DNA of 64,000 nt from Acidobacteriota bacterium (GCA_963663035.1 OY760074.1:2336001-2400000); one strand, 5' to 3'; positions 1 through 10,737 are shown, numbered from the stretch's first letter. Made by a program: numbers and translations. The notes: generated by a model from the letters alone, not told the origin.

Positions 1-84
1 AAGCTGTGGATCTTACCTCTCTTCCAATAATGGCTAAGCGCGCCGCAGTGTTTATTTATCGATTGACGCGGGCGGAAGAGTAGG

Positions 85-206
85 GCGGGTGTCCAGGAAG
101 GCCAATCTCTTCGTTCTCCGCGCCCTTCGATCCTCGACGTAGCTTAGGCTACGCCTGCGGTCGAAGGGCTTGTGTGGCCTCGATCTTGACCTCCCTGAAC
201 ACCCGC
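85..206. repeat. Long imperfect nested palindrome (MITE/REP-like hairpin element)
   Basis: Nested inverted repeats GCGGGTGTCCAGG/CCTGAACACCCGC, CCCTTCGA/TCGAAGGG and CGTAGC-ttag-GCTACG in non-coding DNA. Confidence 0.55.
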
Positions 207-347
207 ACCAGAACCCCTTCCAACTGGCTCAATTTCGGGAAAATGGGAAAAAGTCCGTAAGGAGCCCGCCCATTTCACGGTAATTGGTGACCTCCATCAC
301 TGTAAGCCCTTAAGGATACCGCCAAAATCACCTTTGGAGGAGTTTAG

Positions 348-1986
348 CCGCAATTATTCATAAGTTTGGGGTGAGTGTCGATTTTCTGCGGAAGTTCAGG
401 GCTGAGAGTGTGTTCAGGTGCGATTACAAGGCGTCCAAGCTTGTTGAGCCGAATAGAGATGAAGCGAGAGCCCCTTCCGGAAACAGCTCGGCCCGCAGGG
501 GGCTGTATATCTGTGTTGGCGCAGGGAGTCAGGGGACCGTCAGGTGGGACACAGACGGTGCATCAGTAATGCGAAGAGCTTTTGTTCGGGATAAGACGAT
601 GCCAGGTGCACCCAGATGCGACGAGAAGTTTCCCGAACCCGGGCACCGATTTTGAACAGGCGGCGGCGGAGCGTCTCAATCTCCAGGTTGTGCCAGGGAG
701 TCCCGCACAGGTAATCCCGCAGGCGCAGGATTAAGACATAGGCCAGGGCGTGGATGAAGAGTCGGAACTGGTTGGCCAGGAAACGGTGGCAGCTCAAGCG
801 ATCCATGGCCAGATCTTTTTTGAAAGCTTTCACGAAGTTCTCGCACTGGCCCCGTCCGATGTAGTGGTCATACAGCTGCCCGGCCGTGAGATCCTGGCGG
901 TTGGTGACCACAAAGCGACGGTTGAACCCGCGCTCGCTCACTTCCACCTTGGCCACCATGCGCCGCTCCCGGTCCCAACTGTCGGCCTGATAGACGAGCT
1001 CGGTGAACTGGCGTTGCTTTTCTCCTGAGTCGTCATAGTCTGCTTGCACCTGCTCAACCAAGGGCTCGACGGTGGCCGCCAGCCGGGAGTTGCGGGCAAA
1101 GCCCACCACATACTGCAGTTTTTCCTCCTCACAGAACTCGTACAGTGCCGGCGTCGCAAAGCCACTGTCGGCTCGCACTTCGATCGGAACATCGGATCCC
1201 AGAACCTGGCGCATCCGGGCCACCACCCGTTTGAGAACCGCCACCGCGTGGGCGGCCGCCCCCTGGTTGCCGGGCCGCAGTAGCGCACATACCAGATCGC
1301 CCGTCTCGCCATCGAATAGCAGCAGCGGATGATACATGTGCTCGCGATAATAGCCGTGGTAAAAGCTGAACTCCTGCTGCCCATGCGTGACGTCATCCGT
1401 GCTGTCGATGTCCAGGATGATCTTCTCGGGCCGGCTCTTCTTGCGGTGCTTCAAGTAGGTCTCCAGCAGCCACTGTCCCAGGCGAGTGAGATCCTTCGAG
1501 TCCACCGAGTTCTCCAGTCGCGACAGCGTGGGTTGAGAAGCCAGATCCGGATCGCTTTCCGGCAGCCGATCACACACGGTCTTGAAGATGGGATCCGAGC
1601 GCAAGCTGTCGGCATCGTTGCAGTCCTCATAGCCGGCCACGATCTGAAAGCTGCGCTGGGTGAGCAGTTCGCGAATCTGGTGGCGGACGTAGCGGCTATC
1701 TCGAGCGTCCTTCAGGCAGGAGGCAAAGCCAGCCGTCAGTCCGTGCTGTTGATCCAGGGCGTACAGACACAGCAGCCCGGCATCGGAGGAGAGCCGGCCT
1801 CCATCGAATCGAGCCACCACTTTTCTGTCAGGGTGAGATGGCAAGTTGATCTGGCAGACTGATGCATCGCTGGGCCGTACCTTTTTGGTTTGGAGTTGTT
1901 TCATAACCCCTTTTATATCAAAGAGGTACGGCATCTTTTTGTGCCCTCGATCAGACCCCTTCTTCAGAATTTATGAATAATCCGGG
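348..1986 (-). mobile_element. IS1380-family insertion sequence
   Basis: Imperfect 16-bp terminal IRs CCGCAATTATTCATAA / TTATGAATAATCCGGG, a TTAG direct repeat at 344-347 and 1987-1990, and a single DDE transposase inside. Confidence 0.9.
540..1934 (-). CDS. IS1380-family DDE transposase
   Basis: 464 aa with FDGGRLSSDAG, LASQPTLSRLEN, LDIDST, RADSGF and YxxRGxxENxxK motifs typical of IS1380. Confidence 0.93.
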   Translation of the reverse strand: MPYLFDIKGVMKQLQTKKVRPSDASVCQINLPSHPDRKVVARFDGGRLSSDAGLLCLYALDQQHGLTAGFASCLKDARDSRYVRHQIRELLTQRSFQIVAGYEDCNDADSLRSDPIFKTVCDRLPESDPDLASQPTLSRLENSVDSKDLTRLGQWLLETYLKHRKKSRPEKIILDIDSTDDVTHGQQEFSFYHGYYREHMYHPLLLFDGETGDLVCALLRPGNQGAAAHAVAVLKRVVARMRQVLGSDVPIEVRADSGFATPALYEFCEEEKLQYVVGFARNSRLAATVEPLVEQVQADYDDSGEKQRQFTELVYQADSWDRERRMVAKVEVSERGFNRRFVVTNRQDLTAGQLYDHYIGRGQCENFVKAFKKDLAMDRLSCHRFLANQFRLFIHALAYVLILRLRDYLCGTPWHNLEIETLRRRLFKIGARVRETSRRIWVHLASSYPEQKLFALLMHRLCPT

Positions 1987-1993
1987 TTAGGAG

Positions 1994-3260
1994 TGACCTG
2001 CCCCCACGAACGAGTCCACCCTCTATGCTAGACCCGGGACCATTTGAAGTCCACTCCAAGGGATTGGATCCAGTGCCTGCGACCTAGGTAGTTTGGCCTC
2101 TGGCGCCGGCGGCCGATAGGCCAAGGCGCTGTGAGGCCGGATCTGATTGTAATCCCTCCGCCAGCGTTCTACCAACACCTTGGCTTCCCCCAGCGTGTCG
2201 AAGATCTCCATGTTCAGCAGCTCATCCCGTAGTTTCCCGTTGAAACTCTCAATGTACCCATTCTCCCAGGGGCTGCCCGGCTCGATGTACAAGGTCCTTA
2301 CCCCAACAGCCTGCAGCCAGTCCCGGACCGCCTGTGCCGTAAACTCCGATCCGTTATCGGACCGGATAAACTCAGGCACTCCCCGATCAACGAATAACTC
2401 CGCCAGCCGGTCCAACACGTCTTGGCGATTCATCTGCCGTTTCACATCAATGGCGAGGCACTCTCTGGTGTACTCATCCAGGATCGTCAATAGCCGAAAG
2501 GCTCGCCCATCATGGGTCCGTTCATGCACGAAATCATAGCTCCAGACGTGGTTCTTGCGAGCCGCTCGTAACCGAACACAGGAACCGTCATTAAGCCACA
2601 GCCTCCTTCGTTTCGGCTGTCTGGACGGGACTTTCAGCCCTTCTTGTCTCCACAGCCTCTCCACCCGCTTAGGATTCACCTTCCACCCTTCCCCATGAAG
2701 TATCGCCGTGACCCGCCGGTAGCCATAACGCCCGTATTGCGTAGCCAACTCCACCATCCGGGCCACCAATCGGGCCTCATCATCGGGAATTTGCCTTTCC
2801 CTTCGCTGGGTCGATCGAACCTGTCCCAGCACTTGGCAGGCCCGACGTTCGGAGACTCGCTCTGCTCCTAATCGCTCTCGTACCCACATCACCGCTCGTC
2901 TCCTGTTCGCCGGGCCTAGAAGTTTCCCGAGGACACTTCCTTCAGGATCTGCTTGTCCAAAGACAGATCCGCCACCAGCTTCTTCAACCGGGTATTCTCC
3001 TTCTCCAACACCTTCAACCTCTTGGCCTGGTCCAACCGGAGCCCTCCGTACTCTTTGCGCCACCGGTAGTAGGTCTGCTCGCTCACCCCCATCTGCTTCG
3101 ACACCTGTCCCACCCTCTGTCCTTGGGCCAGACCCACCTCTGCCTCACGCAGCTTCATGATGATCTGTTCTGCCCTAAACCGCTTCCCTGCCATCCTTGC
3201 CTCCTTCCTAAACCGGAAATCCTAACATTCAAACTGGACTCGTTTTAGGGGGCAAGGTCA
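1994..3260 (-). mobile_element. IS3-family insertion sequence (IS407-like group), copy 1, 1267 bp
   Basis: TG...CA termini (TGACCTGCCCCCACGAACGAGTCCA / TGGACTCGTTTTAGGGGGCAAGGTCA), 4-bp TSD GGAG at 1990-1993 and 3261-3264, orfA/orfB layout. Confidence 0.95.
2023..3194 (-). CDS. IS3 transposase OrfAB (OrfA 2916-3194 HTH; OrfB rve), joined by a predicted -1 frameshift
   Basis: OrfA HTH ([10 protein letters not shown]); OrfB WSYDF...SDNGSEF...ESFNG DDE; slippery G GGA AAC at the end of orfA. Confidence 0.92.
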
Positions 3261-3308
3261 GGAGGACTGACGTGTCTCCCCTCATTCCTGGTTACAATTT
3301 GGAAAAAA

Positions 3309-4427
3309 ATGAACTATCGATTCAGCCTCCTTTGGACAAGTTTTCTTGTCCTATCCACGCTACCCTCGCTGGCCGATGTTTTGATCCTGCAGGGGGGACG
3401 CAAGGTAGAAGGAACCTTCATCAGAGCTGACGCTCGTACAATGCAGTTTCTGGGAGAAGACGGCCAGGTGGAAAGCTTTCCAATTTCTGATCTGACCACT
3501 CTAATCTTTGGAAATCAGAAAGTCGCAACCCCCGCCTCCCCACCCACTGTACTCTCCGATTCCTACACGGTGCCGAAAGGAACGGTCCTGGTCGTCCGCA
3601 TGATCGACCCAGTCGATTCCGATCTCAACAAACCAGGAGAGAGTTTTCGCGCCACTCTGGAGGAGCCCGTGATGCTCTCAGGACGAGCCCTGGCACCGAA
3701 AGGCAGCGCTGCGACAGTAGAGCTGGTCCACGTCAAACAGTCCGGGAAGCTGAGGGGTCAGGATGAGATCGCCCTGCAGCTTCGCAGCATTAGGGTGAAT
3801 GACAAGACCTATCCGCTGACCAGTCAATTCGCCCAACTCCAAAGCGAAAGCAAGGGAGAGCAAACCGCCAAGGTTGTGGGTGGGACTGCGGCAGTAGGTG
3901 CCTTGATTGGGGCCATTACCGGCGGGAAGAAAGGCGCTGCAATTGGCGCCGCTGCAGGAGCTGGTGCAGGGACTGCCCTACAGTTGGCTCGCGGCCAGCA
4001 GGTCAACGTATCTTCGGAAGCCTTGCTAACCTTCACCCTCGACGAGTCCTTAGCCTTTGAAGTCAAGAGGCCGGGAGATGACAAAGCACAAGAGGATGCT
4101 CTCCAGGTTGCTGAAGGCCGTGCTTTCGGAAAGCGGCAAGAAGAGATCATTCGTGACTGGTTTTCCAACCAGAGACACCGCCGCGACCTGCCCCCCGGAT
4201 TAGCCAAACGGAATCAGCTTCCTCCCGGACTGGAGCAGCACATGCGAAAGAATGGAGCGCTACCAGCGGGACTGGAAAGACACCTCCAGCCCCTGCCAAA
4301 GCCTCTGGTCCGCTTATTGCCCAGGGTCCCAAGTCAAGTAGGACGCGGGGTTATTGGACCTCACGTTGTCCTTCTCGAGATAGGGACGAACAGGATCCTG
4401 GATATTCTTGCAGACGTCATATTTTAA
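3309..4427 (+). CDS. Secreted hypothetical protein with glycine zipper and C-terminal LPPGL repeats
   Basis: N-terminal signal peptide, GGTAAVGALIGAITGGKKGAAIGAAAGAGAG zipper, LPPGLAK/LPPGLEQ/LPAGLER repeats. Confidence 0.8.
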   Translation: MNYRFSLLWTSFLVLSTLPSLADVLILQGGRKVEGTFIRADARTMQFLGEDGQVESFPISDLTTLIFGNQKVATPASPPTVLSDSYTVPKGTVLVVRMIDPVDSDLNKPGESFRATLEEPVMLSGRALAPKGSAATVELVHVKQSGKLRGQDEIALQLRSIRVNDKTYPLTSQFAQLQSESKGEQTAKVVGGTAAVGALIGAITGGKKGAAIGAAAGAGAGTALQLARGQQVNVSSEALLTFTLDESLAFEVKRPGDDKAQEDALQVAEGRAFGKRQEEIIRDWFSNQRHRRDLPPGLAKRNQLPPGLEQHMRKNGALPAGLERHLQPLPKPLVRLLPRVPSQVGRGVIGPHVVLLEIGTNRILDILADVIF

Positions 4428-4476
4428 AGAGAAATGGAAAGCTACTTCGACTAATTTCAAACGAGGAGGATAGATC

Positions 4477-5871
4477 ATGAACTGTTTTTCAAAAACCTTT
4501 TCAATCCTGGGATTGAGTGCCCTGATGGCGGCTCCTCTCCTGGCTACCCCGGCCGAGGTCGAACTCGAGGTCATTAACTTTGCCGAGCGCCACAAGGTGG
4601 AATTCGAGATGGTGCCGAGCTACCGGGTTCCCGGGGTGCGCATTAAAACCAAGGTGGAATTCGAGGAAGGCCAGAACCGCATCGAGATCTCCTGGGGTCA
4701 TATGCTGCCGGCTGTCGTTTTCGGCGGAGATGTCACCTGCTATGTTCTTTGGGCCGTCAATCGCGAAGGAACCTACGAGAACCTGGGTGAATTTTGGGTC
4801 CGGCCGGGAAGAAACTCCGACAAGATGGAATACTCGACTGGCCTGCGCAACTTCGCCTTGATGGTGACAGCCGAAGCCTATTATTTGGTCAGAAAGCCTT
4901 CTGAAATGGTGATCACCTACAACCGACCCAGCGAAGATTCCAGGGCGCCAGCCACCCCTCTGATCTTTAGTGACTTCGGCCCGCTGCCCAGATCCGATCG
5001 GGAGACGCTCGACCTGGCCACCTACGACAGCAAAGCCCCACTGGACATCATGCAGGCAGAAAGGGTTTTAGAGATCGCCAGAGGCCTGGGAGCGTCGCAG
5101 TATGCAGCGGACATTTATGCGGAGGCCGACATTCGCTTACAGCAGGCCAGACAAATGGCGAAGAATTCGCGTTCACAACGCGGAAGTCAGGAGTTCGCGC
5201 GCAAGTCGGTGGCGGCCAGCAATGACGCCATCCAGATTAGCCTGCGCCGCCAGGAGGCCGAGAAAGCTGAAGCGGAAGTGCGGGCCTCGCAGGTGAAACT
5301 GCGCGCCTCGCAATCGGAACTGGATCGCATCCAGCGCGATAAGACAGCCATCGAAACCGAAAAGTTTGCTCTGGAAGCGGCTCTGGGGGATCTGCGCCAG
5401 GAAGCCCAGCGACTGGAACGGGAGAAAGGTGTTCTCGAAGGTCGTTTGCAAGGCGCACTGTCACAGGTAGCCGAGACGCGTGAGTCGGCGCGTGGATACA
5501 TCATCAACCTGCCCGATATCCTTTTCGGCATCGGCGAGGCCACCCTCAAACCCGAAGCTCGTCAGATAATGGCCAGACTGGCAGGAATCCTGCTCATCAT
5601 GCAGGATCACAGCCTGCAGGTGGAAGGACACACTGATTCCACGGGCTCGTACCAATTAAACCAATCACTCTCGGAGAACCGTGCTCAGGCAGTGGTCAAT
5701 TTTATGGCTCAGCAGGGAATCGATGGGGAGCGGATGAGAGCCACTGGCTATGGTTTCGATCGGCCCATCGCAGACAATTTCACCCCTCAAGGCCGCAGCC
5801 AAAACCGGAGGGTCGAGATAATTCTCTCCGACACAGAAATGGCAGGCCTACCGGGTTCATACGATCGATAG
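4477..5871 (+). CDS. OmpA-family peptidoglycan-binding protein with coiled coil
   Basis: RBS GAGGAGG, signal peptide, C-terminal VEGHTDSTG...LSENRA...NRRVEI OmpA-like domain. Confidence 0.9.
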   Translation: MNCFSKTFSILGLSALMAAPLLATPAEVELEVINFAERHKVEFEMVPSYRVPGVRIKTKVEFEEGQNRIEISWGHMLPAVVFGGDVTCYVLWAVNREGTYENLGEFWVRPGRNSDKMEYSTGLRNFALMVTAEAYYLVRKPSEMVITYNRPSEDSRAPATPLIFSDFGPLPRSDRETLDLATYDSKAPLDIMQAERVLEIARGLGASQYAADIYAEADIRLQQARQMAKNSRSQRGSQEFARKSVAASNDAIQISLRRQEAEKAEAEVRASQVKLRASQSELDRIQRDKTAIETEKFALEAALGDLRQEAQRLEREKGVLEGRLQGALSQVAETRESARGYIINLPDILFGIGEATLKPEARQIMARLAGILLIMQDHSLQVEGHTDSTGSYQLNQSLSENRAQAVVNFMAQQGIDGERMRATGYGFDRPIADNFTPQGRSQNRRVEIILSDTEMAGLPGSYDR

Positions 5872-5890
5872 TCTCTAATTAGAGTGTCCA

Positions 5891-5942
5891 GCCCGCATTT
5901 CACACACCGGCTTTAGCCGGGATGATGTAGAGGAATGCGGGC
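5891..5942. repeat. Hairpin between convergent genes (REP-like or terminator-like)
   Basis: GCCCGCATT...AATGCGGGC enclosing CCGGCTTTAGCCGG. Confidence 0.4.
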
Positions 5943-5946
5943 AGGG

Positions 5947-6405
5947 TCACGCCTGGGAAGTCCACTGCAACTGTCCCTTGACCTTCAGTTCCACAGCAAT
6001 ATTGGTCTGACCCTGGGAGCCTGGCAAGGAGCGGTGGGCGATACCGCGCGGGATGAGCAGCATTTCCCCACGGTCGAGTTTAACCGTCCCCATCTCCGTC
6101 TCCCAGATGAAAGCCCCTTCCAGGCAGATGATCACTTCGTCGGCATCGTTGTTTCGATGCCAAAAGGACATGGCCTCCTTGGTCCGCTTGGAGAGATCGA
6201 TCCGAAGGTTCTCCGAAGTCGCCAGGGGCAAGGGAGTACCTTCGGCTTGGGCGTAGTTGGAAGGCTGGTATTTGGAATCAAAGAGGTTCACCTTGCGAAC
6301 TAATGTGGCGTCACCCTCCACGACCTCACACTTCACCGGAGGATGAGGCCTCTTGTAGTCAACATTCCGCCCATTGGTAGTAACCCTCTCGATGTACTCG
6401 GCCAT
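5947..6405 (-). CDS. Cupin-domain protein
   Basis: Cupin metal motifs WHRNNDADEVII and GEMLLIPRGIAH; RBS GGGAGG upstream. Confidence 0.8.
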   Translation of the reverse strand: MAEYIERVTTNGRNVDYKRPHPPVKCEVVEGDATLVRKVNLFDSKYQPSNYAQAEGTPLPLATSENLRIDLSKRTKEAMSFWHRNNDADEVIICLEGAFIWETEMGTVKLDRGEMLLIPRGIAHRSLPGSQGQTNIAVELKVKGQLQWTSQA

Positions 6406-6495
6406 AAGCAGTTCCTCCCTTTGGTGTGCCTCCCGACACCTTACACCAACCCAGAAGTCAAAGAAACCGGTCTGGAGTCTCTTGATCGGCTAGAG

Positions 6496-6640
6496 CCCGG
6501 ATTATGCATAGGTTTTCGTAGCGAGGCGCCAAAAACGCCGTCCTGACCAGGCGCGCGAGGGGTACCCGCTTGCGGGTCGTGCAACGCAGTCAGGGCAGAT
6601 GCTTTGGACGCCACAGTAGAAAATCTATGCATAGTCCGGG
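6496..6640. mobile_element. MITE (145 bp) with IS1380-like ends
   Basis: 22-bp IRs CCCGGATTATGCATAGGTTTTC / GAAAATCTATGCATAGTCCGGG (20/22 match), flanking CTAGAG direct repeat, ends resemble the IS1380 IR at 1971-1986. Confidence 0.75.
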
Positions 6641-6811
6641 CTAGAGCACCCGGATAGGCGGCATCTAGCACTGAGGCACCTTCCAATCGCAGCTGATTAA
6701 TGTAAGAGACCAAAACGAGGCACTGGGTGTTCTCCACCACCCCAGATGCGTCCTGATCCATGTTAGGATGGAAACTAGGCTAGTTCATTTAAAGCTAGCT
6801 CCATCATCACT

Positions 6812-9800
6812 ATGGAAGATCTTCTATTCTTTCTCCAGCACGTCGGTGAGGATCCAGCTCGGCTGATATTTGAAGACGAGCTGACCCGCATTTACAACCG
6901 CCGTTTCCTCAAGAACTACTTCGAACACAAAGTCAATTGGGATTCCCTGGAGACTGAACCGGTGTCGTTGCTCATGTTGGACGTGGACCATTTCAAGCAG
7001 ATCAACGACTCACACGGTCATGACATCGGCGATCAAGCGCTCGTCTGGGTAGCCGGACTGCTGACAAAAGTGGCAGGTGAGAGTGGCTTAGCCATCCGCT
7101 ATGCTGGTGATGAGTTTATGATTCTCCTGCCAGGTATTGATAGAGAAACGGCCGTTAAAGTGGGAAACGCACTAAACGTGCTGTCCCACGAGAGCCCCCC
7201 CCAGCTGGACCCCTCGGATATTGAGCTTTCCATCACCCTTAGCATAGGGGTGGCCTCCGCTCCTGAGGATGCTCAAAACAGCAAGGATCTCGTCCATAAG
7301 GTTGACGCTGCGCTCTACTTCGCAAAAAAGAGTGGGCGGGATTGCGTCGCCGACTCCCAGCAAGTTGCTCCCCAGGAAGTCTTTTCCAAGACCGCTCTCC
7401 AGCAATTGGACAAAGCCGCCCTTTCCGGCCGTGAGCATCAAAAACAAAGGGTGGGCGAAGCCCTGAAGAACTTCGTTGGAGGTGAAAACCAGTTTCTCAT
7501 CGTCGAAGGGCTCGACGGCATGGGTAAAAGCGAGTTTCTGAAAACTATTCGTCTGACCGAGGACGAGAACAAAATGTGGCAGATAGAGGTGAAGGGTAAC
7601 CTTCAGGAGAGGTTTCGCCCCTACTACCTGACCACCAACATCCTCATTGGTCTGATGAATCAGCAGCCCGACAGGACCAAAGAGATCTTAGATAACCTGA
7701 CTCCCAAGGAATTCGCCTATTTGTCCACCATTTTTCCTCAAATGGGCGAACCTGAAGCTCCCATTCCAGACAAAGGAGAAAGAAGTCAGCGTGAGGGACT
7801 ATTTGCTACTCTCGTCCATTTTATTCCAAAGCTCCTCGACTCCAACCCCCTTATTCTGCTCATTGATGATTTGCACTTCAGCGATGAGGCTACCCTTCTC
7901 CTGATCAGGAGGATGCTGTTGCGCCGGGACATTCCGCTTTTTATCTGTGGGACCTCTACACCTATCCAACAGGATGAAGTCCAAAGAGAGCCAGCCCCAC
8001 TCCAACGCTTTTTCGCCTCACATCATGAGGAACTGAACATCGTCACGGTACCTCTCACCCCGCTCACCACCACCGACATTGCTCAACATTTTCAGCAGAT
8101 TTTTCCTCAGGTGAGCTTGCCCGAGAAATTTGAGGAGCATTTGGCCCAGGTGACTCAGGGAAATCCTCTCTTTATCGGCGAGATCCTGCGTAAGCTGGCC
8201 CTCGACGGCAAAGTCATCAACCTTCCTGGAAACAAGAGTGTTATCGAACCGTTTGAGGAAGACTATCTGCCGAGATCGTTGGATGAGATTGTCAGTGAAA
8301 AAATCGCTGTCCTTGATGAGGAGAGTCGACAGATACTCGACCAGGCCTCCACCTTTGGTGAGAATGTCTCGCTGAGTATGCTGACCGGGAATTCTGACAT
8401 CAGGGAAAGTAAAGTCCTGGAGTTTATCGATCAGGCGGTAGCTCAAGGTCTGATCAGCTCAGAGTATCAGAGCAACGATGAAACCATTCGCTTTTTGAGC
8501 AAACGCATTTTGAACCTCACCTACGGCAACATCCAGGAGGATCGGAAACAGGAACTGCATGAGAGTATCGGCACCTACAAGGAATCCCTTTATAATCAAA
8601 AAATGCTCCCTTCGGCTGCCAGCCTTGCTTACCATTTTCGGCTCTCGGCAAATGAGGAAAAGGCCAGGCTTTACAGCGAACTGACAGGGGCACAAGACGA
8701 ACAAATTTTCAGTTCGGAAGAGGCAGTCAACTACACAGGAGAGGAGTTACCAGAACCCTCCACCACAAAACTCCGTGTCCTGTATTCATTGGATCGCAAC
8801 GTCGCGGCCCATGTCCCGGAGGTTATTAGTGCACTCCTCACCGCTCTTCATGAGATGGAACTCAACCCACCCGGCAGCCAAGCCGTCCTGAGCGCTACGA
8901 GCCAGCTCAAGCAATCGATCGACACAGTTCTGGAGGACCACCCAGACCTCCATCTCACCCATGCACAACAGTCTCTTGAGGTGAACGGTGAACGAGTGGA
9001 TGTGTCTGACTACAAACCCACAGCCGAAGCCTTTGTCCAGCTCATGAGTCGTTTACAGCTGCGAGGTATTGGTTTCTTTCCAGATCTCACCGAGCAGGAG
9101 CTCACGGCGATGCTGGAAGCCATTGGAGGGATAAGCAGCAAAGAGATAGATGAGGATTTCTGGCGACGTTTTACAGTCGAACAGGATCTTCTTCATCTTG
9201 AGCTCAAACAGACGCGCATCAGCGCCATTGCTGGGCTAGACGGGGATCCAGAGCTGGGGACGTTTCAGGCCAAGTCCCAGGAGCACTTCGTTAGTGTACT
9301 CAGCCCAAGTGATGGCGCATTGGTCCCTGGGATCCCCACCTTGGATGACCAGGATTCGCCAGATAGTGTCGGGGAGAAGGAGCCCGTTGAGGAAGCTCCG
9401 TTGCAGCCCGAGCTGGAGCCGGAGGTGATTCGACAGGAGGCTGTCCCAGAGCTGAAGATTTCCCCTGGATTAGTGAAGCTCACAGATGAGTTCCTTGAGT
9501 CAGCGTCCCACAAGCTGAGCGATCTCCTGCTGAAAGGTGATGAGGTCGAGGCTGGGAAAATAATTGACCAGTTCTTCCTGCCATTTGCACGTCAGACTGT
9601 ACAGCTCCGGACAAAAGTCATCCATATCTGTGGAAATTTACTGAAAGATCCGGGCCTGACCTCTCAACCTCAAGTGCTGGAGCTACTGACAGATCCGCTT
9701 CTGGTTGTTGTGGCGGAAGAGGAAGATCCCCGGCTTCGTGGAGAAATAGGTGGGCTAGTTTCCCAAACTGCGGCCAATCTGATCCAGTTTGGTGAGTACG

Positions 9801-10705
9801 GACGAGCGGGGCGAGTCCTGATGCGTCTGCAGAAGCGCCAGCAACAACTGGAGGAAAGACGCGATCCAAGGGCCGAGCCGGAGAGATTGGTTGACACTCA
9901 AGAGCTGGACCAAAAAACCAAAGAGTTAGTTCTGGAGGATCTGAAATCCCAGGAATCCACCCGGATGCAGGAAGCCACCCAACTCCTCGGCGGGCTAGGC
10001 CCAAAAGCTTTGCCCTTGCTTATTGAGATCATCAAAAAGGAAAATGATCCTCGCGTGCGACAGATAGCTTGCCAACTGCTGAGCGAGCTGGGACCGGAGG
10101 CCCCCCAGCTTCTCAAACGTGAACTGGTGCTAGAGGGCTTCGCCGAACAGCGCGTGCGAATCCTGGAGGTGATCGACAATATCACTCGAGATCTGAGAAA
10201 GGAGCTGGCCTTCTCTCTAGAGGATGAGAGTCCTAGAGTACGGCGAGCCGCATTTCTTCTTGTGGAGCGCTTAAACGACGAGCGTCTCACACCACTACTG
10301 TTCGATCATGCCAAGCACGCAGACGCGACCATAGCGGTGGCGGCCATTAAGTCCTTGGGGAAGCTCAAACCCGCCGGAGCAGTGAAGGTGCTTGTCCTCC
10401 TACTCGATTCTGCCAAGGAGACTGAGCACGTTATCGCCGCCTGCCGGGCGCTGGGACAGATAGCTGATCCAGCGAGTATTGAGCCACTGGCCAGGATCAT
10501 ATCCACGGGAGGCTTTTTCTCGTTCCAGAAAAAGAGGAGTCCCCTGGTACGTGCCACCGCTGCTTTCGCTCTGGCCCAAATAGCTGATCCTCGAGTGGTC
10601 AAGATCCTGGCCCGGCACATGGAAGACAGCGACTCGCGGATTCGACAGACTGCCCGTGAAATTGTGACCAACCAGCACTCGTCCTCTGCCGCCCATGGAC
10701 GATAG
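6812..10705 (+). CDS. GGDEF diguanylate cyclase fused to a STAND-type AAA ATPase and C-terminal HEAT repeats
   Basis: DELTRIYNRR, DVDHFKQINDSHGHDIGD, RYAGDEF; Walker A GLDGMGKS, Walker B LLIDDLH, GNPLF motif; HEAT-like repeats (VRRAA, ALGQIAD, VRATAAFALAQI). Confidence 0.88.
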   Translation: MEDLLFFLQHVGEDPARLIFEDELTRIYNRRFLKNYFEHKVNWDSLETEPVSLLMLDVDHFKQINDSHGHDIGDQALVWVAGLLTKVAGESGLAIRYAGDEFMILLPGIDRETAVKVGNALNVLSHESPPQLDPSDIELSITLSIGVASAPEDAQNSKDLVHKVDAALYFAKKSGRDCVADSQQVAPQEVFSKTALQQLDKAALSGREHQKQRVGEALKNFVGGENQFLIVEGLDGMGKSEFLKTIRLTEDENKMWQIEVKGNLQERFRPYYLTTNILIGLMNQQPDRTKEILDNLTPKEFAYLSTIFPQMGEPEAPIPDKGERSQREGLFATLVHFIPKLLDSNPLILLIDDLHFSDEATLLLIRRMLLRRDIPLFICGTSTPIQQDEVQREPAPLQRFFASHHEELNIVTVPLTPLTTTDIAQHFQQIFPQVSLPEKFEEHLAQVTQGNPLFIGEILRKLALDGKVINLPGNKSVIEPFEEDYLPRSLDEIVSEKIAVLDEESRQILDQASTFGENVSLSMLTGNSDIRESKVLEFIDQAVAQGLISSEYQSNDETIRFLSKRILNLTYGNIQEDRKQELHESIGTYKESLYNQKMLPSAASLAYHFRLSANEEKARLYSELTGAQDEQIFSSEEAVNYTGEELPEPSTTKLRVLYSLDRNVAAHVPEVISALLTALHEMELNPPGSQAVLSATSQLKQSIDTVLEDHPDLHLTHAQQSLEVNGERVDVSDYKPTAEAFVQLMSRLQLRGIGFFPDLTEQELTAMLEAIGGISSKEIDEDFWRRFTVEQDLLHLELKQTRISAIAGLDGDPELGTFQAKSQEHFVSVLSPSDGALVPGIPTLDDQDSPDSVGEKEPVEEAPLQPELEPEVIRQEAVPELKISPGLVKLTDEFLESASHKLSDLLLKGDEVEAGKIIDQFFLPFARQTVQLRTKVIHICGNLLKDPGLTSQPQVLELLTDPLLVVVAEEEDPRLRGEIGGLVSQTAANLIQFGEYGRAGRVLMRLQKRQQQLEERRDPRAEPERLVDTQELDQKTKELVLEDLKSQESTRMQEATQLLGGLGPKALPLLIEIIKKENDPRVRQIACQLLSELGPEAPQLLKRELVLEGFAEQRVRILEVIDNITRDLRKELAFSLEDESPRVRRAAFLLVERLNDERLTPLLFDHAKHADATIAVAAIKSLGKLKPAGAVKVLVLLLDSAKETEHVIAACRALGQIADPASIEPLARIISTGGFFSFQKKRSPLVRATAAFALAQIADPRVVKILARHMEDSDSRIRQTAREIVTNQHSSSAAHGR

Positions 10706-10737
10706 GGAGCGGACTTGAACCGCTGAGCCCCCTGCTT
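10705..10737 (-). other. Degenerate tRNA 3'-part fragment (Ala-like), possible relic att site
   Basis: GAGCGGACTTGAACCGCTGAGCCCCCTGCTT resembles ACCGGACTTGAACCGGTGACCCCCTGCTT of tRNA-Ala, with a compensatory T-stem change. Confidence 0.45.

Noticed and set aside
5935-6303. Plus-strand ORF opposite the cupin, and similar antisense ORFs throughout
   Set aside because: Shadow ORFs of well-supported genes, with no motifs or RBS.
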